Shown here piece after piece: positions 63,666 to 64,000 of a DNA stretch of 64,000 nucleotides (positions are counted from its first letter, which is position 1; each line of letters opens with the position of its first letter). Position numbers and translations under genes: made by a program. Under the pieces are notes generated by a model. That model saw only the letters and a list, made by a program, of their open reading frames with translations, had not been told where the DNA came from and made no database searches. The DNA is taken from positions 37,884,001 to 37,948,000 of the forward strand of contig NC_087447.1 of NCBI RefSeq assembly GCF_036321535.1, read 5' to 3'. This stretch comes from Camelus dromedarius. Lineage: Eukaryota.

Positions 63666-63783
63666 CTGGCAGCAGGAACCAGGTGGCTGGGAGCAGAAGA
63701 GGGAGCCGCGGCAGTAGCTTTGGCGTCAGGCGATGGCACTGTGGAAGAAGTGGCAGAGACACGACCTAGGCAGTGCCTCTGAT
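63666..63783 (-). other. CRSP: Non-coding exon 1 (5' UTR) of the CRSP-like gene
   Basis: Donor GCCAG|gtaag at 63666/63665. Begins ~25 nt downstream of a GAATAAGAG TATA-like box, resembling the CALCA first exon as I recall it. TSS approximate. Confidence 0.8.
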
Positions 63784-63960
63784 TCCTCCCACACCAGCAG
63801 CTGCTCTTATTCCCGCTGCTCTGAGTCTGGGGTGGTTCAAGAGCTCCGGGCAACCAATGAGGGGAAGGATCCTGAGCCCCAGAAGGATTGTGTCACCACT
63901 TGCGTCTAGAACCTGGAGCATCCGGAAGGACCACCCCTGTTGTATTTGCATTGAGGTCAC
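63784..63960 (-). promoter_or_regulatory. CALC-family proximal promoter: TATA-like GAATAAG (63812-63806), octamer ATGCAAAT (63951-63944) and adjacent CRE-like TGACCTCA (63959-63952)
   Basis: Motifs read directly. The TGACCTCA-ATGCAAAT composite about 160-175 nt upstream of the TSS matches my recollection of the CALCA promoter. Confidence 0.75.
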
Positions 63961-64000
63961 TGATGGAGGGGGTGGAAGGGGAGAGTGGGGGGCGCTGAGG

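Larger units (their letters stand above)
60270..63783 (-). other. CRSP: Calcitonin/CGRP-family gene, calcitonin receptor-stimulating peptide (CRSP-2/CRSP-3)-like. Five exons: ~63783-63666, 62605-62511, 61741-61610, 61187-61003, 60435-~60270
   Basis: All four introns are GT-AG. The spliced CDS (86+132+160 = 378 nt) gives 125 aa: [125 protein letters not shown]. The exact paralogue name (CRSP2/CRSP3/CALCB-like) cannot be fixed without a phylogeny. Confidence 0.93.

Noticed and set aside
60270..63783. Calling the gene CALCA
   Set aside because: No calcitonin exon, and the peptide has CRSP-2/3-type residues (K11, W15, S21) rather than the conserved HRLAGLLSRSGG of alpha-CGRP.
1..64000. CRISPR arrays, prokaryotic operons or intact retroviral/transposase ORFs
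   Set aside because: The sequence is mammalian, with no repeat-spacer arrays and no long intact ORFs.

Overview
Mammalian genomic DNA, almost certainly camelid (alpaca/llama/camel), judged from two tRNA-Ala-derived vic-1-type SINEs and ungulate-type L1 3' ends. It lies in the calcitonin/CGRP gene-family cluster. The right end holds a complete, splice-intact 5-exon calcitonin-family gene on the minus strand (about 63783 to 60270). It encodes a 125-aa CRSP-2/CRSP-3-like (CGRP-like) precursor, has no calcitonin exon, has lost the C-terminal polybasic cleavage/amidation signal and has gained an internal KR site. At about 43.2-44.5 kb is a CpG island containing a disrupted, unprocessed copy of CYP2R1 (vitamin D 25-hydroxylase) exon 1 plus the start of intron 1. 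It is on the plus strand, convergent with the CRSP gene, and I saw no downstream CYP2R1 exons. The rest is mostly interspersed repeats (L1, L2, MIR, MaLR/ERV LTRs, hAT MITEs), including nested insertions with readable target-site duplications (TSDs) and one L1 with an apparent 3' transduction. Repeat family names and comparisons to human/pig/cattle sequences are from memory, not a database search, and repeat boundaries are approximate.
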